DNA of 64,000 nucleotides from Monocercomonoides exilis PA203 (lineage: Eukaryota; Protista; Preaxostyla), in the NCBI GenBank assembly GCA_001643675.2, contig LSRY02000043.1, forward strand, positions 620,001-684,000, written 5' to 3'. The position numbers and the translations under genes are program-made. Below are positions 37,976 through 50,460 of the stretch, piece by piece. Position 1 is the first letter of the stretch. Each line of letters begins with the position of its first letter. The notes below the pieces were generated by a model. It was given only the letters and a program-made list of their open reading frames with translations. It ran no database searches and was not told the DNA's origin.

Positions 37976-38956
37976 CTTATTTCTTTTTTTATTTTTTAAA
38001 ATAATTTCACTCTATCTTTGTCGAATAAGATTCGTTTTTTTTTCTTTTTTCTTTTTTTTTTATTTTTGATAATCCAATAATTCTGTTATCACATCTTGAA
38101 GCTAATGGCATTCTCTACTTGTTCTCTTTCGCTTCATTTTCAATAACTTGGAGGAGAAAGAGAAGAATGCAATGAGATTTCTGGTAAAGAATAAAATAAA
38201 ATAATATAAAATAAAATAAATGTTTCCAGAAGAATACAGTTATCAACATTTTTAGAGTAAAATAAAACAGTGATAAAAATTACAAAGAATAAAAATGAGA
38301 ATTAATTTCTATAACCACGAGACAAAAGAAGTTTATCATGATTGAACGTTTTCTATTTCTATTTTTTCTTTCTCTTTTGGTAAGATATCTTCAATTAACA
38401 TTCAACAAATTTTTTTTCACTGCTCTTCACTTCCATTCCATCCATCATCTGAAAGTGATTCAATCCTAATTCACCTGAGTTGCTTGATGTTTTTTTATCG
38501 AAAATGAAGGAATAAGGAGAAGGAGAACAGTGTATTTAGTTTTGTTTGGTCGCTGATTGCTGCAATTAATCTGGAATGCACGAATGCAAATAATGATATG
38601 GAAGAAGCAATTTATACGTATTTCAACAGAAGAAAAATATAATAAATGTTTTGTTGAAGCAGTGAGCATTTGTGGAATCAAGACAAAAATGAAAGTGTTG
38701 TTGAATAACAAAGTTTAATATGTGTTGCAAGTTGATAATATCATTTTTTAAGGATCTTTTCAAGATTTGCTATTGTTAATAGCCTGAAATCTTTCTTTCA
38801 CTCATTCTGCCTCATTGTACTCATTGTAGTTGTTTATGATGATTTAATCATATTCTCCAATATTTCTGTCCTATTCTTTAAAATTGAATTTCATCACATG
38901 AGGTTCAAATCATAATTCTTTATCTCCAAAACCAACTTTTCAAAATAAAATAAATA

Positions 38957-39467
38957 ATATTGAGAAATTCTTCACAAAAACAATATCAAACATTTGCAAC
39001 GTTTAATATTCACATCGCGAAAATTGTTTTTGGCATTTCTAAATATAATCGATTCCAATTCTATACAATTAACATTAAAGTTCGAAGAATGCTTCTTTCG
39101 AACAATAAACAAAATTTTCAAACCAGTTAAAAACAAGAAAATGTTATGGGACAGATCAAATGAAAAAATGAAAGTTTCAAACAATGCATTTTCGACAGAC
39201 ATAACTAATTTTAAATAAATTAATGTTCCATATTCTTTCATAATTAATATATAAAAATATTTTTATCGATGGTCCATATATTTGGAACTTGCCCATATTT
39301 CTGTTCCCAATCATGAAAATTCACAAAAATGGAAATAATAACATAGTAAAGGTTCTGTTTCCATTTCAGTGAACTTTTTTATGTGTGAACAGAAATATGA
39401 CAAAAATATGTAATTTTTGTTTTATTTGTAAATTTAACAAAAGGAACTTTTCAAAAAAATTTGGACA
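38957..39467 (-). repeat. Right arm of the 511-bp inverted duplication
   Basis: Reverse complement of 36346-36856. Confidence 0.95.
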
Positions 39468-39472
39468 ATACA

Positions 39473-39922
39473 CAGTCAAAACCGGATATAATCACATCGG
39501 TTTTTGCACAACTTTTTGTGATTATAGCCAATTGTGATTATACACGATGATTATTTCCATAGAAAAAAATAAAAATTAATTATTTAAATAATAAATTTTG
39601 GGTTGATTTTTTTATTTTTTAGAAATTCTACACAAATACACTTTATTCACTTGCTAAACAAATTTTATCACAAATACTTATTATTTTGACTTATTTGAGC
39701 ACATTTTTGTAAAAGCGAAAAATTAAAAATTATGATTAAAAAGTCGGGTTTTGAATGAAAATATCACCCATTATGATAAAAAATGTGATTATATATTTTC
39801 AGCCCTGTGATTATATGCGATGAAAAATGAATGAAAGATAGGCCTTTATTGTTGGTGCATCGAAAAACTTGACTATAAACGAATGTGATTTTATTCTACG
39901 TGATTATATCCGGTTTTAACTG
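39473..39922 (+). mobile_element. Tc1/pogo-type MITE family A, complete 450-bp copy
   Basis: TIRs CAGTCAAAACCGGATATAATCAC / GTGATTATATCCGGTTTTAACTG with repeated subterminal TGTGATTAT motifs. Confidence 0.85.
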
Positions 39923-40724
39923 AACACACATGAAGTTATTCAAAACAAACTTTCAAACAAAACTCTTGTGGGTTTATTTCCGACATAAGTTGAAAATATT
40001 TTTAATCAGTTCTTTTCAGTTATTGGAAAAGTTCTTCAAAATGAACCTTTTCATTAAACTTTTCTTTCACAAACAATTTATTATAATCACGGTAAACTAT
40101 TTTTTAAAAAATTAATATTTCATTTTTGGTAATATTTTGACTGGTACTTAAAAATTTTTGGTTTTTGAAGCTTTTGTGAACAAAGTTAGATAAACAGAAA
40201 CCTTTAAAACTCATTATTAACTATTTTCATGAATATTTTTTTTCTTTACCATTTATCGAAAAAAGATTTTGAGATTTTTATTTTACAAATGCGATCAAAC
40301 ACATACTAGTATTTCTTCGAGATTTTGAATTTGATTTTTTTTTTTTTTTTGATACCACTTTTAAAGTTTTCATTTTTATATTTTTTGGTTATTTTGAAAC
40401 TTTGAGAACTTTTTTTTCCTATGATTTTACACCTCACCATTTTTTAAATAAAACTGAAATATAAACAAAGTTTATATCATAAACACCTTTTTCTTTTGTT
40501 CAAATGCTGTTCTATCGTTTGTTGAAAATGTGCAATATTGAGAGAATAATTTGCCAAAAATTAACGGAACAGAAAATGCAAAAGACGATATTTTGTTTTT
40601 CGTGTTAAACTCGTCAAACACAAACATATATACGGTCACTAATTTATTGGGACCTTTTTTTTGATATGATAAAAAATTAAATAAATATTTTAAAAAAACA
40701 CAAATGACGAATATAATTTACGCA

Positions 40725-41083
40725 CAGTTTGCGCAAAAAATACAAGACAAGATCGATTTCACAATAACCGCAAGAGCAATAATTCTGTCAATTTTCGTCA
40801 AAATATATCTCATCAATACAAACTCATTTGGTATATCAAACTTCCATTTTCATGAAGACTGAATATGGAAAAAATAATTATTTGATATTTCAGAGAAATA
40901 GAATTTTGAGTTTCTCCGAGATTTCGATATAAATTCTTTCAGAGCACAAACGAGGAAGTTTTGTAAGTCTTGTACGTCAAGTGAGTTTGCATAAATAAAA
41001 TGTATTTTGAGGAAAATTGTCAGTATTATTCCTCTTGCGGTTATTGAGAAATCGATCTTTCCCGGTATTTTTTGCGCAAACTG
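40725..41083. mobile_element. Foldback MITE (TIR CAGTTTGCGCAAAAAATAC, ~130-bp arms) nested in a pogo relic
   Basis: 40725-40845 and 40955-41083 are diverged reverse complements. Confidence 0.8.
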
Positions 41084-41089
41084 AATAAT

Positions 41090-42200
41090 TTTCCTATTTC
41101 CTTTTTTTCTTTTTATCACATTAATTTTTTCGTTTTTATTTTCATGATCGACTTCTTTCACTTCAAATTTTCTCTTTATTCTTTTTATTTCAACCAAAGA
41201 CTTTTATTCATTTTCATATTTTTGTTCTGTTTTTTTCATTTCTTCTTACAAATTCTTTTCAACATCAACTTTTTCTTCTTTTTCAACTTTTTTTTCTTCT
41301 TGTATTCCTAAATGCTCACTCCAATCTCTCAGAAGCTTCTCATCTGTTATCAGTTTTTCATCGAAGTCGAATCTGTTTGAATGTGATGAAGGAAGATATT
41401 CCGATGCTTTTAGTAGCTTCGTGAGAATCGGTCCAGATTCGTTATGAAGAACTCCACTCGTTGCGAAGGCTTTTTTAATGACAGCAGGTGAGAAGGCGGT
41501 ATGAATTGCTTGAGGGAGAACATACACAAAAGTTGTTCTTTTCGATGAAGATGTCGATGAAGATGGAGGTTCATGTTTTGTTTGCAGCTCTGTTTTTAGA
41601 ACAGCGATGACTCCTCTGTCAAGAGGCCGTGCGATATGTGTTCTGTGAGGAATAAAGGAAACAACTCGATATTTTCTTTTTGAAATTCTCTCCAGATTGT
41701 CAAATCAAATCGAGAAATGTGTGAGCAGATGAGAAGCAAGCAGCGAGAGTTTTCCAGTGACGTGCGCTTTCTGCGATCGATAATTCATTGAAGGAGTGTT
41801 GTTTGTGCGTCCTTTTTGAATTGGTTGCAGCCCATCCAACCACTTCCGTTCGGACAGATATCCTGAATTTATGATAGTTGTTGCTTTATTTCATCTGGAA
41901 GGCTCTTGCCAGGCCATAGAATCGCAGAAGGAAGAGCAAATCCATCCGCAGCCACAGCAGCAAATAGAGTTGAATTAGCCATTTTAGGTGGTTCTTTGTG
42001 AAATCCTGGATTTTCATGTTTAGGATGAACCACGCTCAGCGTTGAATTGGTTGGAACTCTTAGTGATGATTCATCCATATTGAATATAAGTTCTTTGCAG
42101 TATTCATTTTTTTCATGCAAGCCGTACAGTAATGAATACCAGGGCTGCAGAATACTTTGGAACGACACCGCAAGGCGAAAACATCATCATTTTTCTGCGA
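41090..42200 (-). pseudogene. pogo/CENP-B-like (DDE_1) transposase pseudogene, 5'-truncated
   Basis: ELIFNMDESSL, TLFAAVAADG, SFIPHRTHIARPLDRGV, LPQAIHTAFSPAVIKKAF, with stops and frameshifts. Paralog of 62.2-63.7 kb. A TIR-like TACGGTCACTAATTTATTGGGACC lies at 40631. Confidence 0.85.
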
Positions 42201-43604
42201 ACTTCTCTTCAGCTCTGGATAGCGCTTCAAATTGTTAATCAGTGGTCATTGAAACGGTAATGTGTGGGGTGTCTTCGTTGTCTGTATCATTTGTCACATT
42301 TTCCTTCTCATATATGTGTGTTTATTTTTGAAAAGTCATTATTGATCAAAAAAATTAAACCATAATAGTTAGTTAAGATTTTTGAAAAGTTTAGAAATGG
42401 AACAGTTGACTTCGTTTTTCATCAAAAGATTATTTTTTCCCACTGGATAAGAGATTTCGAAAATTTTTAAAGAAAAATATTTAAGATCAAAATGAATCAG
42501 TTTTTATCGACTTGTGTATATTTGCTTTGAGAATTAATCATTTTATATATCAAGATATTTAGAGTTTCATAAATGCACGAAATTTCATTTCGAATAATCT
42601 GGAGGTTTATTCAAAATTTATATTTTCACTATTTCATAATTTTGCTAATGCAAATTGTATAGCAAATATATGTTATCCAACAAAAAAATTTTATTATAAC
42701 TTAATTAAAAAAAGATATTTGTCAATAAAAAAAAGTTTCAGCCAACAACGTATTCAACAAGGAATTCTTAAATTTTTTATTTTTCTAATTCACCTTTATT
42801 TAAAAGAATGGTTATTTCATTTTCTTCTTTGAAATTTATGTGAGAAACATGAGGCTTAAAGGTTATTCTATTCACTCTCATTATTTTTGATATATCTGTT
42901 TCCTTTTTTGTTTCCAAAGCATGTTAATAAGCTTCGCAATCTTGAATTCGACTCTTCTGCAAACAGCACGACAACAATCTCGTCTTCTCTTTTTCTTTTT
43001 AAGTTTCAATTCATTCATCGTGTACATCACCTTAATCCTGTTCTTCTTCTTTCACTTCTTCCTCCAATTCAACAACTTACACTTCTGCTAATCCTGTGTG
43101 ACATGACATAAAAAACTCGAAAATTTTCAATAATGACAGACGTGATATTTATAATTTGTCATTTTTTTTGTCTCTCAAATAAATTTCGTAAAAATATCAA
43201 CAATCGATAATTTTTTTATTTACAAAGGAAAAAGATTATTTTAACGTCATTGTATTTTATTTTATTCAACTATCAGTAGAAATATGAAACTTTTTTTATA
43301 ACTTTTATTCAAGTGACAAATTGATCAAATAAATATATTGTGGTTTTGACACTTATTCGGAAAGAACAAACAAAACTGCGACACCTCTTGTTATGGGAGA
43401 ACAGCCTGCATTAACGGCTCTGTTGCATTCCAATTGAAATGAAAACTGTGGAGTGAAAAAATTGAAATATTAATAAAAGAATGAAAAGGTAAATTGTGCA
43501 AAAAACAATGTGCACATAGGTTGTTGTGGCTTGAAAAAGTGAAAATTTGAAAAGGTTAAAACTAATTATTGAAAAAACAAAGTGTGGGAAGGGTTTCCTC
43601 GTGG

Positions 43605-43710
43605 TGGGACAAAGAGGTGTTGTGGTTTTGTTTGTTCTTTCCGAATAAAAGGACAGAGTACCTTAATTCTCCAGGACAAACGATCAACTGCAACACCTTT
43701 TGTTATGGAA
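43605..43710 (+). other. DIRS internal complementary region (ICR)
   Basis: ...GTTTGTTCTTTCCGAATAA is the rc of the terminus at 43353. TAAAAGGACAGAGTACCTTAATTCTCCAGGACAAACGATCAACT matches the rc of the terminus at 47766. Confidence 0.88.
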
Positions 43711-43729
43711 GTATAAGTAGTTGGGATTG

Positions 43730-45000
43730 TTATCTGTCAGCTTGAATGTGTCTTATTTCACTTGTCTGAATTGTTCTTATTGTTGCGCACTCAATTCTGC
43801 TGCAATCCTTGGTCGTTTCTTCTGTCTGTGGGTTTGGGTCTCGAGTGTTCAAGTCTTTGGTGAGTTCGGGAGGAGGCTGTTGTTGGAATGTAATATTCGT
43901 CGGTAGGAAGGTTGTTATGCTTGATGGGCTGACTGTTGGTGGGGAAGCGAGCGGAGATGCGGAGGCTGGGTTGAATAGTGTGAGTGCCGTTTGGTTCTCC
44001 TGTTGGGGTGCTATCAGGGCGTGGGCCATGCTCGAAGCCAGGTTGGTTCTAAAGAACGACCTCGTGGGTGTGTGCGCTGTTGGTGATAGGCGCGCATGTC
44101 TCGCTATTTGAACTTCAGGTATTCCCTTCAAGGTTAAGGCGGAGATGGCTGCATGCTTGATTGTGTAATGTTTGAATTCCTGTGGGATACCCACTTGTGT
44201 CATTCCTAACCTAGCTAGTCTCCTGATTCCTGATGTTTCAAGTGGACTGTGATGCGTTGTATTCAGAAAGAAGGTGTCTCTCGATTCGCGCATTCTCCGA
44301 ACTCTCTCACGAAGGCAATCTACTATTCTTGCAGGGTTAATCTTTTCGTCGGCTTCACTTAAGAAAGGGATTGTCAACTAACTCTGTGGAATTGAGGTTT
44401 AAAGGAAAATGCATATGTGGATCGCATTGCAGCCGAATATCGACTTGCTCATCGATAGCAGCTCAAGTTCGTGAAAACGGTAGGCTGTGAACAGAACACA
44501 TAGCAAAATACACTTCACTGTTAGTTCGAAAAACGATAGGTTTGCATTGCATCGTCGTGAATTTTAATAGTCAAACACCAGTGAGGGGGACCACATGTAT
44601 GTATAAGGTCTTCTGGGAACGTGTGAACTGTGAAACGAGCGGAAAATTGTATTTATGATTGGTATTTGGCCAATATCCTCACCGTTACTTACCCTGGAGA
44701 ACAGGGACACTGCGGATCTCGTGGCATACAAGCAAGAAAAGTGGAATCCCTTATTTTTCAGCTTCTCGAAGAGCATGGCACATCTTCTGCACCACTCTCC
44801 AAAGTCCCTCGGGAATTCTCCACAATTTTCATCTGTCCAAATCTGTCCAAAATGGGCAAATCCAAAGGTGTAGGCTGCCCATGTTGAAGGTGAAACACTG
44901 TTCTTTGAATCTGCATCAAATGATTGAGGAACTCCGCATTTCTGGAAGCTGCTGATCCACCACTGTTCTCCTCTCTGTGCTTCCAGTTGAGTCTTGCAAC
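43730..45000 (-). pseudogene. DIRS tyrosine recombinase (phage-integrase-like), disrupted
   Basis: SAM-like N-domain (VSPSTWAAYTFGFAHF), LFTAYRFHEL (catalytic R), HYTIKHAAIS, IARHARLS and TRSFFR (Tyr position is F). In-frame stops are present. Confidence 0.85.
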
Positions 45001-45049
45001 GAAGCAAGTTCCCGGTGGGATTGATGCTCCCGACTTCATCCAGCCTATT

Positions 45050-46900
45050 CATACTCTCAACATCCGTATCGAATCGCTCCATCTCATGTTTAATGACGTT
45101 ATCTCCCTCAGAAGAGTGGTCTAGACCTGGAACCTCCAGGCTGGAAGAAGAATCACTTCTCTCTCCTGTTCCTCCCGAATCTTTCTTAAGCAAGGAAGAA
45201 TGAGAGGTATCGGAGGATGCGCCAGAGTCACAGCTCCTTTCCAGTCTGCTTGCAGTAGGTCCTCCTGCTCTGGACTTCATGACTCAAACTAAGTCATTGT
45301 TTTCCTTTTTCTCGCTCTGCGAAGGCATCCTGTTCGATTGTGAGAACCAACCGTTGTTCCAGCTCTCTTAATACTTCGTCTGTGATCTCGTAATCTCCTG
45401 CGATCTGGAGTCTTGATAAGGCGTCCGCGATCTTGTTCGTTACTCCTGGGAGGTGAATAGCTCTCACCTGAATATTAAATTCTGTTGTCATTTGTCGTAT
45501 TTTCCTTGGCAGAGAAAGGAGATTAGCTCCCGCTGTCCAACGATTGATGACGTAAACTACTTTCGTGTTGCCTGATCTTAGCAAGACTGTGTGAATGTGG
45601 TGCCCAAGGATGAGCGGGAGGAAGTACTTGAGGTTCATCAAGATAGCCAACATCTCCTTGAAGTTGGAGGTTTGGCTGAAAAAGGCCTTTTTGAAAGGTT
45701 GGTGAAAGTGGAACAAGTTTTCGTTGATCCTCAGCGTGGCTCCACAAGCCCGAGGTGCCGAATCCGTAGAAAGGACCGACTGGGATGCTGCGAATGATGT
45801 TCATGGCCTTTGTTCCTTCTTGGTTTGTCTTTTCTTCCATCCATATATTTTCTTGATAATCGAGGGGTTGACTTTCATCTTCGCATTCCATCCTTCCTTC
45901 GTCACAGCTCTGTTGAGTGCATGGTATAACCTGTTCATTTGAAGCGATGCATCTCTCATGACGAACCATGTGGCGCATATGAGACCTACGAACGATGCAA
46001 AGCTCCTGATCCTGACTTCCGCGTTTCTCCTTGCAAGTCTCATCCACCGTTTGCACTCCTTCCTCAAAGAGATGCATCCCTCTTGTTCCAGGCTGACTGT
46101 ACATCTCTTCGTCTTCCACGTTCATCCTAAAAAGTTGAATGTCTGTTTCGGCTGAAATTTGCTCTTGTCGAAGTTGACTAACAGTCCAAGCCTTCCAAGC
46201 CATGCGGTTATCTCTTTCGTTGCTGTCTGAAGCTTGTTTGGGTCTTGATGAAGCAGTACGATATCGTCCAAGGAAGCTAGGCAGCGCAGGCCCCATCTTT
46301 TTCGCATTTACTGAGTGACCTTCCTCATAACGCGTGTGAAAATGCGGGGCGCGTCTTTGTAGCCGAAGGGAATTTTTTTGAAGGCGTATGTCTTGTCTCT
46401 GAAAGTAAAAAAAAGAAAATGAATGAAAGAAGGGTGAACAGAAATTGGAAAACACGCTTGAGACAAATCTATTGTTGTAGCGTAATCCTCTTGTTGTATC
46501 AACCTTTCCAGTGTCCTGTGATCATCCATTTGAAAGAGTATTTTTTTTCACGCACTGTTGAGCGGCCTGCAGTCCAGTATCTGCCTGTCTTTTCCGTTTT
46601 TCTTCATGACAAAGAACAAGGTGTTGAGACATTTCACTGTGCATGGTGGAAGCTGAACCAGGACCCTCGTCGCAAGGCCTTCCTGCATGCACTTCGCGCA
46701 TTCTTCCTCATCCTGTTTGGTTCCAAGAAAACCATTCCGAGCCTCCACCTCCTTCTTTAGGCGCTCTCTTGCGCTCTTTCCCCTCCAAATTGGTAAGATT
46801 CCTTCTAGTATAACACTGCGCGCCCCCAGTGAATCCCACTCTTCCGCGGCTAGCTGCGTCCGCCCTCCTACAACTTTTTCCTCCAGGCTACTGGTGCTCT
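45050..46900 (-). pseudogene. DIRS pol: reverse transcriptase, RNase H and adenine-methyltransferase-like domain, disrupted
   Basis: RT: RQILDCRPLN, YATTIDLSQA, IPFGYKDAPRIF, ASLDDI, GLLVNFDKS...FLG. RNase H: IHLPGVTNKIADALSR. MT: DAFA...DLLQADW...LAHPPIPLI...LLPAW. Confidence 0.9.
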
Positions 46901-47656
46901 CGATGGACGAACCACTCTCTGCGACGTCATGCTTGACCTTCCTTCTGATCGGGTGCCTCCTTGGGAGGTCGGGTTCCGAAAAAAATGAGTTCTTGCGCGT
47001 TGTGCTCTGATGATGGCTTCTCTTCTTGTTTTTCTTGCTTCTAGTAATGGTGTGATCTTTGCCAGCTTGTCACTGGAAACGAGGGGGTCTTCCTGGTCTT
47101 CCCTGAGAGCGCGAGCAGCATCAAAACCAAACTCGGCCTGAATTCTTGTGTGACGTGCTTCCTTGAGTGCTGCAACAAAAAGGAGCATGGCGTCTGATAT
47201 TTTCTCTTTCCTGGCTTCACCTTCTGAACGAGACATGATCAAAGCCTTTCCTCCCGGTATGAGATATCTTTCCACTCTGTGCTTGCTGGAATCGAGCGCG
47301 TCTCTTTGCCAATTTGATGATCTTGCATGAGGGTGAGTTCTGGCTGGAATAAATGGCGTGCAAGCAATGGATTCATATTGCTCAATTGTTTTCGTTAAGT
47401 CTGCGGAATCCATGGGAAGATCGAACACAGAAGAGTTGATGTTTTCGTTAAATAAGTCCGCGCAAAGCGAAGAAAACGACGGAACTTGGCTTTCTGTCCG
47501 ATCTGCTGGTGCAGGTTGTGAAGTAACTGGAAATTGGTCGGAAGCGAGTGCACTGCTTGAGGAGGTTGGCTGAGATAAGCCCACACCGCTCGTTGATCCG
47601 CCGAGGGTCAAAATACCACTCAGTCCCTATGCAGGTCCTGCAGTTGTGACTTCCAT
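46868..47656 (-). pseudogene. DIRS ORF1 (gag-like)
   Basis: First ORF of the element, overlapping the start of pol. The ATG at 47656 is followed by an early in-frame TAG, then 247 open codons. Assigned by position. Confidence 0.65.
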
Positions 47657-48429
47657 GTCAAAGATCTGGAAAGCGACAGAGCCCTTGATATAGGATCCTT
47701 CCTCCCAGAACAAGAGGAGTTGTAGTTGATCGTTTGTTCCAGAGAATTTAGGTACTCTGTTCTTTAATCAGATCTGTCATTTTGTCAATTTTTTATGTTC
47801 ACATTTTTATTGAACATAAAACGAAATATAGATGTGTATTGTTTGTTTCCATGAAAAGATCTCATTTGTTACAAAATGATTTTCAAATAATGAATTTATT
47901 TTTGAAGTTTGATTAATTTTATTTATGCTGCTTTAGAATGATTTTTTCGTGAACATTCGAATTTTATCGTAAAAGAAAATGTTTTCATTTATCAATTTCC
48001 TAGAAATAATTGAAATTTCTTCATTATTTCGAGAAATATTTGTGTTGACTGACATTTTTGTGTTTTGAAGCCTCGAGAAAATGGAAAAAATATTTATTAT
48101 AGAATATATTCTTTATTCTTTTTTATTTAACTTTTAATGCAATAAAATGTTTGCTGCTTGTTGTATTAACAAATTTGCAATGCTTTCTGTGATTATAAGA
48201 ATTCTCACTTCAAAAATTAGTTATTTTTTTAAAACAACTCTGAACAAGTATTAATTTAAATTTAAAAAAACAGTTTCTTCATTTTGAAGTTTGTTCTTTA
48301 AAAAAAACGGTCATATCGGATGAATGAAAAACGTTGAATGTGAAACAATCCGCATTCGTCACAAATATTATAACAAATATTAATGCGCTTTATTATTTCG
48401 AACTTCAGTCTCCCTCTTTTTTGTCTTAT

Positions 48430-50460
48430 TTCTTCCATGAAGCAAGATGAACACCGAGTCCCTCAGATTCATAATAAGTTGCACATGAGGAGACTAGTAG
48501 GCTATTGCTTCATCATTAACATCCATGTACGAAGTGGCAGGAAACAGATCCTTTTTTCATTTTCATTCTTCTTTTTTTCACTCCCTCTCAGCTCTTCGCA
48601 ACATCCACTCGGGAGACATATCGATCGTTACTATTTCAACTCTTTTCAGATAATTTTGTACTGTTTCAGCCACAATTAGCTTCAGTCCATTTTTCTCGTT
48701 CTTTGCCTTTTCCACGGGATAGCCAGAACAATCCACACAACAAGAGTTGCCAGGAACAACAGGCTAAAGACAACAAAGGGAGCCCCAGACGGGATTGTAT
48801 TACTGGAGTGGCTGCTTCTCAGTGTGAATAGAGTTGGCAAGCTCAGTCATGTTTTTGAAATGGGTGGACACGTTGTGCACAGAACAGCATAGGCCTTTAA
48901 ACTCGAATATTGACGTTCGTTTTTGTTGGGAGCGGAAAGGTGAAGGAAGCTTGCGTGACACATCACTGGGCCTTGCTCTCAAACTTATGTAAGTCGTCTG
49001 CAAATTTGTGGTTGCCGACCATATCAACGTCATCTGTGCTTGTGATGAGGCGAAAGGGGAGGCTGCAGTGTTTGAGTAGTGTATAGGACAGAGAAAGCAT
49101 CATGTGACTGTCATCCTCCAGGGCCACTGCAGTCGAAGTGCAGGTACGAAAAGGTGTGACTGGTGGTTGGGGATGATGTCGGCTAGGCGGCACCACTCGT
49201 TCCGGATCAACAGGGAAGTGGCATAGTGAGTACCATTTCCACCATTCAGGCTTGCGATGGTGAGTATGCCGGGACGAGTGCAGAGGTTGTTTCTGTGTGC
49301 AGAAAGGTGTTGCGAGGCAACAGAGCTTTTGACATGCATCTGGGTGTTGTCCATTGCAGTGCTGCTGGCAAAAGCACTGTTGCTTATTAATTTTTCACAT
49401 TTTTGATGCAAACTGAAACTCTTTAGACAGACATATCTCTATCAAATGGATTTTGCACAGTCAGATGTCAAATGGAGTATGTCGAGATTGTTTTTCAGCT
49501 TTGCTTCAGAAAATGGGAAACTTTGTTAGCAGTTGCAGTTGGACAGATCTATATGTGCAGATGGGGAAGACGCAAAAAGAACGGATGAGCAAAAGAAGGC
49601 TCTGACACCTGCGTATGTGCAGTTGTTGAAAAACATGAATAAAAAGGCGAAATCAACTGTGGCTGTGGCGGAGAGGCAAAGGATGCTGCCTTATGAAAAC
49701 ACAAAATGAAAGGAAGCCAATCCATGTTCCGAGGCGCTCAGGTGCAGGCGGAACTCGAAGGCGCTGGTTGACTGCTGCAGGTTCAGGAGGTTTAATTTGC
49801 GAGGGAAAAATTGTCGGCAGAGGAGAGGAGGAAAGGCGGGAGAGCGAACACGAGATGCAGGACGGAGCAATTGAAGGAAGACAAGTGGTAACCTTTTAGG
49901 GCGAACAGGAAGGAGTTGAGGAGGACCGAGTCTTGAAGGAGGCAAGATGAATGGCAAGGTGGCAGATGATGTTAGCTGGATATTGGAATACGAGAAGTTG
50001 CCATCTGAAAAAGGTTCATCAGCACTTCCAAAGTGTGCAAAGGTTGAGCCGAAGATGAAATCAAGACGCTTTATCCGAATATTTGAAAAAATGGCGATGA
50101 CAGCAAGGAAGTGATGGATTACAATGTCAAGGCGGACTAGCGCAGAGGACGGGGACTTGAGCGAGCAGATACTCACACTAGTTGTTCTGTGCGAGGAGCA
50201 GATGGCTGTCTGCTTCGACATAAACAGCTGTAGGCTTAGAGATGAATTGATGACTTTCCTCTTATATTCATTAAGTGGAATGAAATGGATAATTCTCCAC
50301 ATTACTCGCTCCTTCTGTATTGCTTGTGACCAAAGACACAAATGTTGTCTCGACACCGGAAATATCACAGTCACATTTTTTTTTAAACTTCATCAAGAAA
50401 ATTCCAATAATTATTTCATCTTTTTCTTCTTCATCGCTTCTTCTGATTTGATTCACTAGC
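48430..50460 (+). pseudogene. Degenerate coding-like region of unknown family
   Basis: GC-elevated, with many short interrupted frames (e.g. MSRRTSAEDGDLSEQILTLVVLCEEQ...). No domain recognised. Confidence 0.3.

Larger units (their letters stand above)
43353..47766 (-). mobile_element. DIRS1-like tyrosine-recombinase retrotransposon, full-length (~4.4 kb), coding-decayed
   Basis: gag-RT-RNaseH-MT-YR order. Short inverted termini, plus an internal complementary region at ~43605-43710 matching both termini. Both ends are TAA on the element strand. Confidence 0.93.

Noticed and set aside
36572-39241. Identical 89-aa and 74-aa ORFs on opposite strands
   Set aside because: By-products of the 511-bp inverted duplication of AT-rich non-coding DNA, with no coding signature.
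43730-46900. Prophage integrase, retron or DGR interpretation of the RT plus integrase
   Set aside because: Domain order, overlapping ORFs and the ITR/ICR structure are fully explained by a DIRS retrotransposon.
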